Assembly: GCF_011386835.1 (NCBI RefSeq)
Contig: NC_088815.1
Location: forward strand, 14,632,001 to 14,696,000
Source: Chrysemys picta bellii
Lineage: Eukaryota
Direction: 5' to 3'
Length of the DNA: 64,000 nucleotides
A program made the translations under genes and the position numbers. Positions 50,901-64,000 of this stretch are shown in pieces; positions within the stretch are counted from its first letter, which is position 1, and each line of letters opens with the position of its first letter. The notes beneath the pieces were generated by a model. The model searched no databases, was not told the origin of the DNA, and saw only the letters and a program-made list of their open reading frames with translations.

Positions 50901-53900
50901 GTATTTCCTGACAAGCCCTTTCTAATCCAGCATCCCACCTGGTAGCTAGGCAGCTCCTATCACGTAACTAGAGCCTAGACGTTGCATCAGTTCCATTTAG
51001 CTGCTGTAAACAGTGGTGTTCTCCAGGGCCCCCAGTGCTCCCCCAAGGCTTCTGAATCCAGCTGCCAGGACAGCTCCTTACCGCTGTCTGGAGCAGAGCT
51101 GGAGCCATGCTGAATGCCCTGTGCAGGGGAATGGGAAGTGCCTTCCTGGTCAAACCGTTCAGCGTCCAGTAGCACCCAGTGTAGCTCGTGAGGCCAGTGC
51201 AGACACATTCCCTTCCCGGGGGGTAAGTAGGGTCTGCCGGACGATGGCCAGCAAACCCAGCTGGCCTGGGACAAACCTATTCTCGCTTCTGCCCCATGGG
51301 ATTGCACCTCCCCCAGACTGCAGGTCTGAAAACGCCCAAGGACTCAAAGTGAAACTCTGCCAAAAGCCCCAGTTCCTTCCCCCCAGCCAGCCCCACCCTG
51401 AACTTCACCAGCCTCAGCCCAAATTTCAGGGTTGTAACCACATCTGAACCAAGAGTGATCACGTTTATTACAGTCACACCCAGAGGCGCAACAGCCATCA
51501 GAACGCCACTGGGTAGGTGCTGCACAGACACAAAGGGCGACCCAGTCCCTGTCCCAAAGAGCTCACAGTCTACGTAGACAAGGGGTAAGAGGGGAAACTG
51601 AGGCAGAGAGCAGGGAAGTGACTTACCCAAGGCCACCCAGCAGGTCAGTGGCAGATCTGGGAGTAGAACCCAAGTCTCCTACATCCCTGTCCAGGAACGA
51701 AGGTCCATTCCAGTTGCTCTCGGGCATCACCTGGGTGACTTCCCAGCTCTTGTAAGAAGCCTTGTCTGGAGCAGAAGCCAAGAGTTGGGTCCAGCTTTGC
51801 TTTCACGCAGATGAGGGATTATTCCATTCACCAGCAACATAGTGCCCTGGGAGGTCCAAACTTCTCTTGACTCTCAAATCCACTGTGAAGTTCCCCCTCG
51901 CCCAGCCCTGGCTGCCTTCGGGGCCTGTCAGTACCGGGGATCTGTGCACTGGTGTCACTGTGCTGATGCAAACCCCCAGTGTTAGAAGCACTTGATTGCT
52001 TTCAGACTGGAATAAACTGCCTGGGTGCAAGTCTTGGGTCATCCTGGTGCAGCACATCTGCCCTGGGGGTGTAGATTCCTCAGACCAGATATCCACAGTA
52101 CTGATAGACCCTTGGGCTTGCTGTTCGGTGCAGACTTTTTGTTCCATGTGTGCTTGACATTCGCATGCTGATAGCCATCCAGCTAGTGGCCAGATGCCAG
52201 AGAGGTGGAAACCCCTTGGCCCCAGGCTGGACCCGCAAGGCTGAAATGAACGAGGGCTCATCGGGGAGGTGATTGCACCAGAAAAGCCAAAGGGTCTGGT
52301 CAGGAGCTGTGCTGTGAAGTCACTCTGTGTGCATTGAAAATGGTGCCTTGGGGGGTCTCACACGCAGGCCATCTTCTGTTACTAGAGAGCTGGGGGAAAC
52401 GCACCACTGGGAAAGCAGGGCTAAGAAACCAATCAGTTATCTCTGGCGTGGAGCACAGCAAATTGTTCATGCTGTCCTCACATGCTCAACATCCCCATGT
52501 GTCAGAGAGACAGGCAGGGCAAATTTTGCTGGTGATAAAGTTTCTTGCTGCGACTCTTCTCCCATGAATCTAGACTGGCGCCAGGCTGGAATTTTGCCAT
52601 TTCTTTGCATTTGAGGTGGAGGGATGTTTTGCTTTCCAGAACTGACAAACGTTTTGCCTCGCTCCAGATTCATAGCACCGGTCCTCGGGCGGGAGATTCA
52701 CCGCTCATGGTGGGAGTGATCGCGGTGAGGTTTCACCCAGATTTGATCTGTTTTTAACCTGATTAAAAGCAGCATCAGAAAGCTGCTGCCTGGGAAAAGC
52801 AATCATGGACTGTAGTATCCATCCCATCTGGGGCAGGATTCAGCTGCCCTACTGCGTTCCCTCCAAAAACCTTGCCCCACGGTGACCCCCCCCCCCAAAC
52901 CTACCCTAGGGCAAGATCACCAGTAGAACTCAGAGAGGAGTTTGAGTCAGAGACCAGTCATGGAGATTCGCTTTTGTTTGACGTCCCATCACGAGAGATG
53001 CTCAGGGCTCATTCTTGATCCGCTCCAGATTAGGTCCTAGCAGGATTCCAACAACAGCTTCCCCTCTCGTAACATGAAGATAATGAGACTGACCTTCCTT
53101 CGTGATGCGTTGTGGGGATCCAGGCATGAAAAGCCCTGGCTAAGAGCTAAAAACGAATGGGGTGCACCTTGTGCTCAGCTTCTGTTTATAAAGGGTTAAT
53201 AAAGGATTAGTAGATGTTTCGGTAAATGGCTGATCAATTACCACAGGTCACTAGGTTACTTACAACCACAGTTATAACCATCTATAGCACCTTCTACTCA
53301 TGTCTAACATGCTTCGAGCCCCTAGACGTGTGACCTATTAGGATTCGTTGTCATTAGAAAGGCTCAGTCAGTCCGCTAGTAATGCTGTGTAAAGTGTGAG
53401 GGTCAGAGACGAATGGTGCGATAATACAAATAATTAATAATCAGGGAACGGTTGTGTTAGGCGCTATTAAATCTGGCCAGTGCAGGGTTGTTTCTTACAT
53501 TGGGCCTGATTTTCCCTGCACCATTTCCAGTCATTTACCCCCATGCAGTCTGGGTGTAAAACGCAGCTATTCTGATCTGACAACACTTTGCACTGTTGTA
53601 AGTGTCTGCACAAGCTGGAGGGCAAAAGAGAATCTGGCCCATTAGCTGCGGTGCTTTAACTGGCTGAGTTTGAAATGTCTCGGGCCCCAGAGAGAGATGC
53701 ACTGATAATAAATACCCTGTAACATTCCAGCCCCTAACACCCTGGGATGTGCTTAGAAGAAGGGAGATTTCAGCAGTTGCAGCCTCAGCTATTCCACTGT
53801 GACTTTGCCCTGGATTATTTAGATCTCGCTATTGTGAGGCCTTGATTGCAGTTTAGAACAATAAGCCACTAAAAATGGTTTGTGGCAATAATTATCTCAG

Positions 53901-56900
53901 GCTTTGCCTTCGCTCTGGGCATATCCCTGGGAAGCCAGCTGGATCTTCTCTCACTGGAGAGCAGCAGCTTCCCGTTTGGTCGCTCAGCCCATCTCTGGCA
54001 CCCTCGCACAGTGTAGTTTTTAAAACCCCCTGTCCGTGTTGCATTACTTTCTGGGCCCCAGAGGGGAGCAGGGGGTGGTGCCAGGCCAGGTCCAGGGTGT
54101 GGCTGGGACTGGACCTGAAACCAAAGCGGAAGGGTATGGGTGGGAAATAGCTTTATTTGAAGGGAATAAGGAAGTGTCGGGGTTTGTGTCTGCGTGTGTA
54201 TTATTATTGACATGTATTATGGTGGCACCTAAGACCCGCAGTTATGCCCCAGGGCTCCAGTGTGCTAGGCACTGTGCAAACATAGACCAGAAAGAGAGTC
54301 AGTGCCCCAAAGAGCTTCCAGTTTCAGTAGGCCCGTGTGCTTGTGTCTGTCTGGGATTTAGTTCAAAGAATCTTATGGCCCTTAGCACCGTGAAAGGGGT
54401 CGGACCGACAGATCTGGAGCACAAAGCCCTGTCTGCACCACCATGGCACGGCAAACTGCCCTCCTCTTCCACAACATCCCATCCCAGCTTGTGAGTCCAC
54501 CTTTAGGAAGGAACAGGGACGTCAGGCCTGAGGGGAGCTCAGACCTGGATGTCAGCTCAGACTGCTGCCAAGGAGACAGTTATACTAGAGTTCCTGTTGT
54601 GAGGTTGGTCCTTGTCCTGAGCTGAGACCCCACCAACTCATTGCAGAATGTCTGGCAGAATTTGAATGCGTGGCCGAGAGGTGAAATGCTCCACCTCCCG
54701 TTTCCGAATTGGCGGCTCTGTTGTGGCACCGACAAAGACCACATTGTTTGGGGGAAGGGGAGGGCCCTGTCATCCCTTTGCTTGGTGGCTCGCCCCATGT
54801 CACACAGCGAAGAGTGCCAGAGTGGAAGGGAGGAGACTGGCTGCCAGGTGTTTTGGAGTGGACCCTGCTGGGAGGGGAAGGGAAGTCAGAATGGAGGGGA
54901 TTGGAGTGGGGCTTAAAGAAGGAGGGGAAATCTCAGGTGCTGATAAGATTTTCTGAGCGTTTCAAGCACTTTCTGGGACTTGACTGGGCGGAGGGAGGTC
55001 ATTTAAAATGTAACAGAGTCAAAAAACAATAAGGCCCTGGCATTTGTGTCACCCTCCCCAGGGTGTTTGCAAGCCTGGATTACACCTCATAGCCCTCCCT
55101 TGCTGCGTAGGGAAGCTGCATTACACCCACTGTAGAGATGGGGAAACTAAGGCAGAGAGAGGGACTTGCTAGGTCTTGACTGCTATTTAATTCCAGAGCT
55201 GACAAGAGAACCCAGGCGTCCTGAGTTCCAACCCCTCTGCTCTAACTACCAGACCACACTCTCTCCCACTCAGAGGAAAGCACCCAGGCGTCCTGAGTCC
55301 CGGTCCTCTGCTCAAACCAATAAAACCAGTGTCCCACCCATTTCCAGTGCCACGAGCTGCTCAGCAAACCTAATCAAGGGAAGCGCAAGGGCCAGATTCT
55401 GCCTGTGACACCAAAGACATTTCCCAGGGGGTCAGTCAGCCTCGGGTTTGGCCCCCAGTGTGTAAAGCTGTGGACTCTGGCAGAGTTCAGATTCCTGGCC
55501 AGCTGCTTTGACAGTGGCTCTGTGGCATTCGTGATGTACATCAGAGGGGCTTCCAGCGGCAAGGCTGACGCATTGATTCACTGAGACGTGGGGTAAAAGT
55601 ACTGAGATAATCACAGCACATGTCTATTGTCCCTGGAAACTCCAGGCATGAGACTAGCTGGCCCAGATTTTCAGTGTTCTCTGTTTTGGGGCCTGAGATG
55701 CATGGATCCATGGCTCGTTTTAACAGCGCCTTCCTGGAAACGGACACACTTCAGCAGCCTGGCGCTTTGTAGCAGACATGTCAAACCTGTGACAAAACTG
55801 CAGAAATTGGGCTTGGTTTTGGCTTAATTGGCTTGTGAGTTGCTTGTTGGCTAGTTTTTGGCTTGTAGCTTGTTTGGCTCATAGCTTCTTGCTTCTTTTT
55901 TTTGATCGGCTCCCGGTAAGCAGAGTCAAGGGGGGGGGCAAACAGGGGTAAGGGGCAGGGAGAGAGTCAGGGGTGCAGCAGGCCCACCACAGTCCCAGAC
56001 TGCACGCCGGGGGGATCTAGTCACATTGAGTGTTGGGGTTCTTAGGGACTGGCTTGTTTTGGCCTTGTTTTGAAATGGGATTAGCTTGATTTTTGGCTTA
56101 TTGTGAAAGTCGGGGGGCTTATTTACCCTGTGAAAATTGGCAGCTGTGCTTTGTAGCCAGTAGTTCCACTGCTCATCCTTCAAGCTTCCTCTTACGCTCC
56201 CTCACATGATGTCACCACAGCACGTCTGCCCCCACTCAGGTTTCCTCCTACCCCCGATCAGTATTGTTATTAATCATGTTTATTATAGTGGTGCCAAAGA
56301 ATGAAGTCCCATTGTGCTAGGTTCTGTACAAACATGGCATCGCAGATGGTCCCTGCCCCAGAGAGCTTACAATCTAAATAAACAAGACAGCCACAGGGCA
56401 GGAGTGGAAACAGAGGGGCAGAGAGGGAGGGATTCACCCAAGGTCAGAGGTGGGAATAGAGCCCCATTCTCCTGGCTCCCAGGCCAGGCTCAGGCTGGGG
56501 GAAAGAATCTAACACACAAACAGAGGGAACAACTGTCAGGTTAGTTCCACACTATTTTGGGGCGGGGGAGAGGGGAGGTTGTTACTGGGGGGAGGGGGGG
56601 GAGGTAAGTTAAATGGAAGGGAAGGGGAAGGAGTGGGACGGGGCAGGTGTGGAGTGAAGCTCAAGTGACTAGGCTGCGTGGGAGGGGAAGGATTGGAGCA
56701 AACAGCCAGTGAGCTGCAAGGGAAAGTCCACTGTGACTTGCTGTAGGAAGTTCTCTGAAATGATGACCAGAGGTCCTTGCTTTGCCTGGACCCCAGACCC
56801 AGGCCCCCTCAGATCCAGAAATCCCACCCCAACCCCTGATCTAGAACCCCCCCGATCCAGGCCCCAAGGCCCAGACCCTCCAGCCCCCTGGATGCAGCCC

Positions 56901-56979
56901 CCTCCCCTGCACACAACCCGCCCCAGCCGCAGGAGTAATTCGTGTAGGGATCCCAGCTGCCTTGCCACAGCCCCGCCAC

Positions 56980-57750
56980 GCTGAGGGGCGGAGCTATGAG
57001 AGACACTTTTCCAGCCAGCCGCCAATTGGAGCACGGCCCGGCGCTTCTATGCAAATAGCCTGCCGGAGCTTCTCCAATCAGCGCGGCGGGAGGGGCGTGG
57101 CTATGCAAAGGACGGTCCGTGCCGCCCGGGAGCCAGACCCAGCCGCGAGCCGGGCAGCTGGAGCCGCCGTGACTTTTCAAGCCACTTTTGCAGTTCGGCT
57201 CCCCCCGAGCCAGTGACAGCGCCGGGCCGAGCCGAGCCGGGCCAGGCCGGGGGCTGCGCTTCGCCTCCTCGCCACCCAGCCGGGGCCGCCGCCCTGCCGG
57301 AGCGGAGCAGCCGGGAAGTTTCGGGGCAAAGCCCCTGACCAGGTGTGTGGGTGAACGGGGGCACCGTGGGCAGGGTGCCCAGGGAGGGGCGCATGGAGGC
57401 GGGGAGGTGACTGCCAGGTACAGGGGGCAGCGGCGCTTCCTCGCCTACCACATCCAGTCCCCGCGGAAGTTAGGTCGGGTGTACCTGCCTCCGCCGGGGC
57501 GGGGGGGGTCAGCTGCAGACCACCTGCCCCCCCCCCCCCCCCCCCGGAGCCTTTAACCTCCTCCCCTGTCTGCAGGACGCAGCATCTTCCCGGGTCTCTT
57601 CTGCCCCTCCCCTGGGTGCGCGGCCGGCTCCCTCGGGGGGAGGGTCCGAGCCTGGCACCCTAGGAAGCGCACGCACAAGTTCGGACCTTTGGCGGTACCT
57701 AGCCAGGCGCTGAGCCGGGAGGGCATTCACACCCTGTTTCCTTTTGCCAC
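56980..57750 (+). promoter_or_regulatory. CpG-island promoter with GC boxes, CCAAT boxes and an octamer; probable non-coding first exon ending at 57342. Probably MEF2B by synteny.
   Basis: GGGGCGGAG near 56985, CCAAT at 57022 and 57074, ATGCAAAT at 57049-57056, GGGAGGGGCGTGG near 57088, donor CAG|gtgtgt at 57343. No MADS-box coding exon (MGRKKI...) was found in the window, so the gene identity is inferred. Confidence 0.65.
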
Positions 57751-60700
57751 GCAGATGGGGGGAGGGTGGGGTTGATGTGATTCTCCTTTGCAGAGCTCGC
57801 TTCCCCGTGCCCAAGAGGTCTAGGATGTGATTTGTGCCTCAAGGTTCAGCGTGATGGGAGGGCAGAGGGGCTAGTGGGGGATGGGGGTTTGCTAAAGCCC
57901 AATCTATATTCCCTTTGGGGAAACTACAGAAATGCGGTGGCACAGAAAGTCTGAGAGTTTGGTGGCCAGGCGCTGTCACTGAAACTATCCGAGGGACAGT
58001 GATGGCACAGGGCAGCCTGCCCGCTCCAGCATCACCGAGATACCCCAAGGGGCCGGGGGGATCCTTTGAAAATGCCACGTCTCGACCCATCTCCTGTGGC
58101 TGCCCTGCGTATTAATCACACATTTCCTCGCTGTCGTCCCTACAGCTATGGCTGGGTTTTGGAGTCCTACACCAACATTGCCAATAGTGACCCAGATTTT
58201 CCATGCCTCCCTTTCTGGGCGGCCCTGTAATGAGACTCCTAAGCCAAGATTTTCACTAAGTGGGACCCATGGTTAGCCTCCTACATCGTATGCAGGCACC
58301 TAAGGGGAGCAGCCAGATTGTCAGAAGTGCTGAACGCCCAGTATCACCAGTGGGACTGACTGGGAGCTGCTGGGTGCCTCTGGAAATCAGGCTATTTGGG
58401 TAGGCGGCTCTCATCGACTTTGGCTGGAGTTTGGATGCTCAGTGGTTCTGAAAATCCAGGACAAGGGTCTCTAGTTGGGCATCCAAAGTCAGTGCTATGA
58501 AAGACTATGTGAAGGCTGGACTGAGCAGGAAGTGCTCCAATAGAAAGGGGCCTGGCTGGATACTTCTGAGACCCTGGTTCTGCCACCGACCTGCTGCGTG
58601 ACCTTAGTCAAGTCACTTCCCCTCTCTATTCCTCCTCCTGGCCTCTGCCCATCATGTCTATTTAGACTGTAAACTCTTTGGGGCAGGGGCTTTCTCTTCC
58701 TTAGGATGAAATCCTGGCTATTAAAATCAGTGGGAGTTTTGTCATTGATTGTAATAGGGCTGGGGGGTTCACCTGTTTACACAGTGTCTAGTGCAATGGG
58801 GACCTCTCGGTGCTACTGTTTTAGAAAGCTGGAGGCATTTCTGAGGCTACCAGATTTGCTGCTAAGTGCTGGGAGTCAAAGGGACAGACAGAGCTACTGT
58901 AGCCATGCCAAGGCCTTGTAGCTGTGTGTTTGGGCACTACTTAAAGTTTTGCTTAAGTGGCCTGTTGTTTTATGGATCGTGTTCTAAAAAAAGTCTGTGG
59001 TTAGCTTTGCGCTTGACAGTTATTTTTACTTTTGTGTCTGCTCAGAGAGGAACGTCTGAGTTTAACCCAAAAGTGCAGATTGTCGTAAAAACGCAGTGCC
59101 CCTCTGTTAGTGCCATTTGCCGTGGGTCTCCAAGCACCGTACAGACCACAACTAATCAGCTAGGCCTCTCGACCCCCTCGTCAGCTCTGCCACGCCCATT
59201 GTAGAGCAGGTAAACTGAAGTACAAAAGGTTGACGGTGTTTGCTCAAAATCACAGATATGCTAAGGCAGCAACAGATCTGGCTCCCAGACTCCTGCTCCG
59301 ACCACTAAGCAAGACTGTCTGTCTCCCACTGTACACTACGCATCACTGCTACCGTGGAGCTCAGATTCACAGAGTACTCGCTCTCCAAAAAATAACCTTC
59401 ATGTCCCTTGACTTTCTCGGCGTTATCTAAATGCACAGCATGTAGCAAGTTGTAGCAGTAAGGGCTGAGTTGCACCTGCTTCCTCCAGGTGTATGTTTGG
59501 CCCCAGATGACTTACAGGTATCACAGGAAAACATTGAGGGCAAAGGTTCTTTATACTGATTGACTGATTTTTTTTTTTATTTTTTTTACTTGATTTCAAA
59601 TGCCATCTGCTGCACTGGGCACTTCCAGCGGTAATTAAAACGCACACTAGAAAATCATGGTCCACACCTCACCTCCATAGCAATACTGACACCAGACGTC
59701 CTGCCACGCAGCCCTGTCTTGAACTCCAAGGAAAAAGCGTGGCTTTGCAGTCAGCCTGGCCTCTGGCAGGCTAAAAGGAGGGAAGTGTGGATAACGTTGG
59801 ATACCTACGGCCCTGATCCTGTCTCACGATCACCTAGAACTACCCCTGGAGCCTGTGCCAAGTCCCATGGACTGCAGGGGGATGCAGGATCAAGGTCTCA
59901 TTCTGCTTTAATTTAACATTATGGGTCGTGCTGCCCAAAGAGTATGGCACGTGCCCAAGAATCTACTTGCAGGATGTATTAAGTTGCTGGTGAGACCCAG
60001 CTTTGCAAGCTAGCTCCCCAGAGCAAGTATTTACCCAGGGTCTGTGGTAGGTGGGCCCGGCATCTGATCCATGCTCCTCTGTTTATTATAAGCATAGGCA
60101 GTTTCCAGCAGAAGCCCCTGCCTGTCTGGTACAAGTGCATCTTATTACCTTAAACTTCCTCCCTGGGGACAGGTCCAGCAAATCTTCTGCTGTATTCTGC
60201 TGCCCACCTGCAATTGATTTCCGGCAAGACCCTGTCTCTGAGAGCTTTACTCTTATAGTGATGGAAAGTTTCCTAGGGCGGCTAACTTTAGAGAGGGGTT
60301 TTCACGGGTAAGAAATTAATTTTGCAGCTTGCTGGTGAGATCTGTGCAGTGTCTGGAAGGCAAGAACCTCCTGCTTCAGAGCTTCAACCAAGCTCTAGCT
60401 ATTAGACACCAGGATGACACCTCGTAGGTCCCATTATCCCTCATCTGCTACTGCAGGGTTCTTATACCTACCCCTAGAGCATCTGATGCTGGCCACTGTC
60501 AGAGACAGGATAGACAACTAGATGGGCCACTGGGCTGACCCAGTCCAGCAATCCCTGTGTTCCTCCAGCTAATCAAACCGGTTACAAATCACATGCAGTT
60601 CAGCTGCTCTCTGTGTACCGGGGAGACTTACATTTTACTCTCGTGCCTGCAGGATCAGAGCAGCTGACTTGGGGACTGAATTGGGGTGGGAGAGAGTGGA

Positions 60701-61993
60701 TGACTCTGGGACTGTCCTTGGAAATTCTGGGCGCTCTGGGGCAAAGGGAGGCAGTCAAGGCTGGCAGGCCCCAAATTTGACATAAACTTAAAATAGTGTT
60801 TGGGGGAAATTATCTTTCCCACCCCCCCTTCCTCCCCCGCCTTGAAAAATCTCTTGGTTCCTCAGCTGAGTGCCCCCTTTCCACCTCTCCCAGGATGCTG
60901 GCCCAGCCAGTGTCTGTGACACACGGCCCCTGGCTATTTCAGTGCTGGGGCCTTGCCCAGCACGACACCCTGGAGTGACAGGGAGCAGCGTCTGCTGGAA
61001 ACGGGGCTGGAACAAGGAGCTGTCCCTATATCCCCATAGGGACCATGAGACTCCGGTTCTGTATCTTGAGCAGGCCCGCGAGGTGAAGTGGAGAAACATG
61101 CAGCCGTCAACAGGGGCCTGCATGTAAAGACCTGGGGTGAAATCCTGGCCCCGGTACAGTCCAGGGCCAAACTGCCATTGGTGTCAAAGCGGCCCAGGAT
61201 TTCACCCGTGGCGCTATGCAGGGGAGCCCCAAGCACAAGGCGAGTTTGCAGCGATCGGGAGGATTCACTCGGGGGGGCTGCTGAGGGAGGCTGGACGCCT
61301 GATCAGCCAGTGCTGGGGGGTGTGTGTGGTGGGGGGAGGCAGAGAATGAGGCTGGGCACCATGGTGATGGGCGCATTAGAAACAGGCAGCCAGGGGGTGC
61401 TGGGAGCAGGGAGCTAGGCAGAGATCTCAGCTGTAAGCTGGTTGGCAGGTGGGCTGTATGGCAGAAGCCACAGGAGAGAGGGAAGTGAAGGCGGCGTCAG
61501 GGCTGTGCGGAGGAAGGGAGGGGGAGCAAGGGAGCTGGGAAAGGGGGGGAGGAGCGGTCCAGAGTTTGGGGGTTGGAAAAGCTTCATCACCAAACTTCTA
61601 AGGGTTCCCCCCCACACACCCCGTGACTGGTGACCGGCGTGTTCATTCACACCCTAGCTCTCCTCCCTGTTGAATGCCCAGGCTGAGGACGGGTCCTGGC
61701 CCTGGGACAGTCAGAGCAGTGAGGGGTGCAGAGGGGTCAGGGATTATTACTTGTAACCCTGGGGGTGAAATGGGGGCAGGGCGGATGGGGTTTGCATGGG
61801 ATCAAGGGCTGGGGAATCATTGGCACAGTGGGGTTGGACATGATTTAAATCCAGCTCAAGACGAAACAGCATGAAGATAAATCTGAGCTTTTCCTTGTGA
61901 GCCTTGTCGAGTGGGGGCAGGTGGGATCGTCAGCACTTGTCTGAACAAAAATAGTTAACTGCTCCCAAGTAACGCGTGGCCTGGAACGCGTGG

Positions 61994-62434
61994 CCCAGCA
62001 CCTGTAACCCTACGATAACAAACCGGCACATGCGGCCCAGCACCCGTAACCCTGCGATAACAAACCGGCACATGCGGCCCACTGCCCATGACCCTACAAT
62101 AGCAAACCAGCGTGCACGGCCCAGTACCCATAACCCTACAATAACAAACCCACTCGCATGGCCCTGTACCCGTAACCCTACAATAACAAACTAGCGCCCC
62201 ATGGCCCAGTGCCCCTAATCCTACAAGAACAAACTGCCATGGACGGCCCAGTACCTGTAACCCTACGACAAAAAACGCATGTGCGTGGCCTAGCACCCAT
62301 AACCCTACAATAGCAAACCGGCGTGCACGGCCCAGTACCCATAACCCTACAATAACAAACCCTCACGCGTGGCCCCGTACCCGTAACCCTACAATAACAA
62401 ACCGGCCCACACAGCCCAGCGCCCGTAACCCTGT
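61994..62434. repeat. 42-bp minisatellite, about 10.5 diverged copies
   Basis: Approximate unit cccagtacccgtaaccctacaataacaaaccggcgtgcacgg. One more degenerate copy near 62474-62510. Confidence 0.92.
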
Positions 62435-62719
62435 GTGATGATCCATCAACCTATAATACATTGATGTGCTCAGCCCCTGGCCAGAACTCTACAACAACAA
62501 ACCCATGGACTTTCCAATGTAACAAACAAAACAAAACTCCCAGCTGAACCATAGAAGGTGTCAGGCCAGAAGGAAACAGAGGGTGTTCGGGTTTGTCTGT
62601 GAGTGTTTATTTATTATTGCTATTGCGGTACAGTCTGGGAGCCCCATCAGGACCCCATTGTGTTAGGTGCTGTATAAACACAGAACAAAAAGACAGTCCC
62701 ATCCCAAAGCTCTACTACT

Positions 62720-63022
62720 CTAAGGTTGTGTCCACACTATGCACTAGGGGAGTGATTCTTCTGCTCGTGTACATATGCTGGCGCTAGCTCTCCTCGCGCT
62801 GAGTATAAATAGGGTGTAGCCGTGTTCGCAGGGGGGCAGCAGTGGAGGCATGGCTGCGCTGTGCCGAGTACACGCCCGCTGGAAACCAGGGGGTACATAC
62901 TTGGTCTGGCTCAGCCTTGCCTCTGCTGCCGCTACTCCTGCGATCACGGCTGCCCGGCTGTTCTCAAGTGTGTGTTCACAAGCAGGGGAATCGCACCCCT
63001 AGCTCGGCGTGTGAAGGCAGCC
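62720..63022. mobile_element. Palindromic MITE of the same general class as 19184-19446, degenerate
   Basis: Termini ggttgtgtccacact ... gtgtgaaggcagcc, with inverted internal halves (aggggagtgattcttctgctcgtg / cacaagcaggggaatcgcacccct). Confidence 0.65.
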
Positions 63023-64000
63023 GAAGTGTGTGTTTGTGTTTCATCCATTTCTAAAAAGACCAAGCCTTCTCCTTCTGGTACAATAGAATCCTCTTCTTCC
63101 TGCTTTGAGCAGGGGGTTGGACTAGATGACCTCCTCAGGTCTCTTCCAACCCTGATCTTCTATGATTCCATCGCAGTTATTTTTGTAACAGAAAATACTC
63201 CACCCTCTGCAGAAGTTTCACTGTAAGTGGATTTGCAACGAGGCAACCGTGATGCATCGAAACAATGTAGGACTTTCATTCTGCATCACTGACAGCATAG
63301 CTGGGCTCCTTCTGTGCAGGCACCCCGGCGTGGCCGGTGCAACACTTCACTGCACTTCTGAATGTGTGCAGTACAGTCATCCAGCAGCCCCTGCTGAGGA
63401 GGAAGTGGTGGTGGTGGGAGACAGGATTCCATTTTGCTGTCTGTTGATCCATAAGATGGATCAGGATTTTAAGAGAGAGACTGGGGTGGGGGAAGAACCA
63501 AGCTTGCTCAGTCTATAGAGATCTCCTGTGTAGGGGTGATGGATTTTCAAAAGCTTTTTAGACCTGATTTTTAAAGGATGCTGCAAAAAAAAAAAAAAAA
63601 GGAATTGTGAATGCAAATGGCATGTGCCCTGTTAGCCAGTCTGGCTCACAAACTGGGCTGTGAGTAGAAGCAGGTGTCTCATGCAATACCCTGACCTCCT
63701 CTGATATTTCGCTCTTTTATTATTAAGTGTTCCCACTTTGTTTCCTCAGGCTGAAATATTTGGGGGTTCTGTCAAGTGCAAAGTAGGCTCCAGTTTCTTT
63801 AAAAGAAATGGAATATAAGGATTGATGTGTATCTAGGGCCTATCACCCAAAGGTCCTACAAACTATAAAAGGTGATTGCTTTGCCCACTGCTGAAATGCA
63901 GCCACTTCAGGGGTGTTACCCAGCTTCTCTGTAACAGCGCACAGCAGTGCTACGCAGCAGTCTCAAGGAGGCAGTGAAGGGGGTGTGATTCTTCGGGAGG

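Noticed and set aside
57343-64000. Search for the MEF2B MADS-box coding exon
   Set aside because: No MGRKKI-like exon was found by eye or in the ORF track, so no MEF2B CDS or gene symbol is reported.

Overview
Vertebrate genomic DNA. The repeat content points to a turtle (Testudines) GC-rich chromosome: a tRNA-derived SINE with a CR1 tail, CR1 LINEs, MIR-like CORE-SINEs, Penelope-like fragments and palindromic MITEs. Protein-coding content, reconstructed exon by exon from splice signals and from protein sequences recalled from memory: (1) RFXANK on the minus strand, whose 3' exons run off the left edge; (2) a complete BORCS8 (MEF2BNB) on the plus strand, 5 coding exons, 121 aa, head-to-head with RFXANK at a CpG island near 13 kb; (3) a complete TMEM221 on the minus strand, 3 coding exons, 297 aa, tail-to-tail with BORCS8; (4) a CpG-island promoter near 57 kb with a probable non-coding first exon, assigned to MEF2B by synteny only because no MEF2 coding exon is visible. 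Most ORFs in the supplied track are chance or repeat-derived frames. The most notable observations are a tandemly duplicated, in-frame RFXANK exon with intact splice sites, two Penelope-type minimal hammerhead ribozyme motifs (one in sense at the BORCS8 3' end), a GC-AG intron in TMEM221, and a duplicated CCAAT+octamer module in the 57 kb promoter. No prokaryotic-type features or endogenous viral ORFs were recognised.
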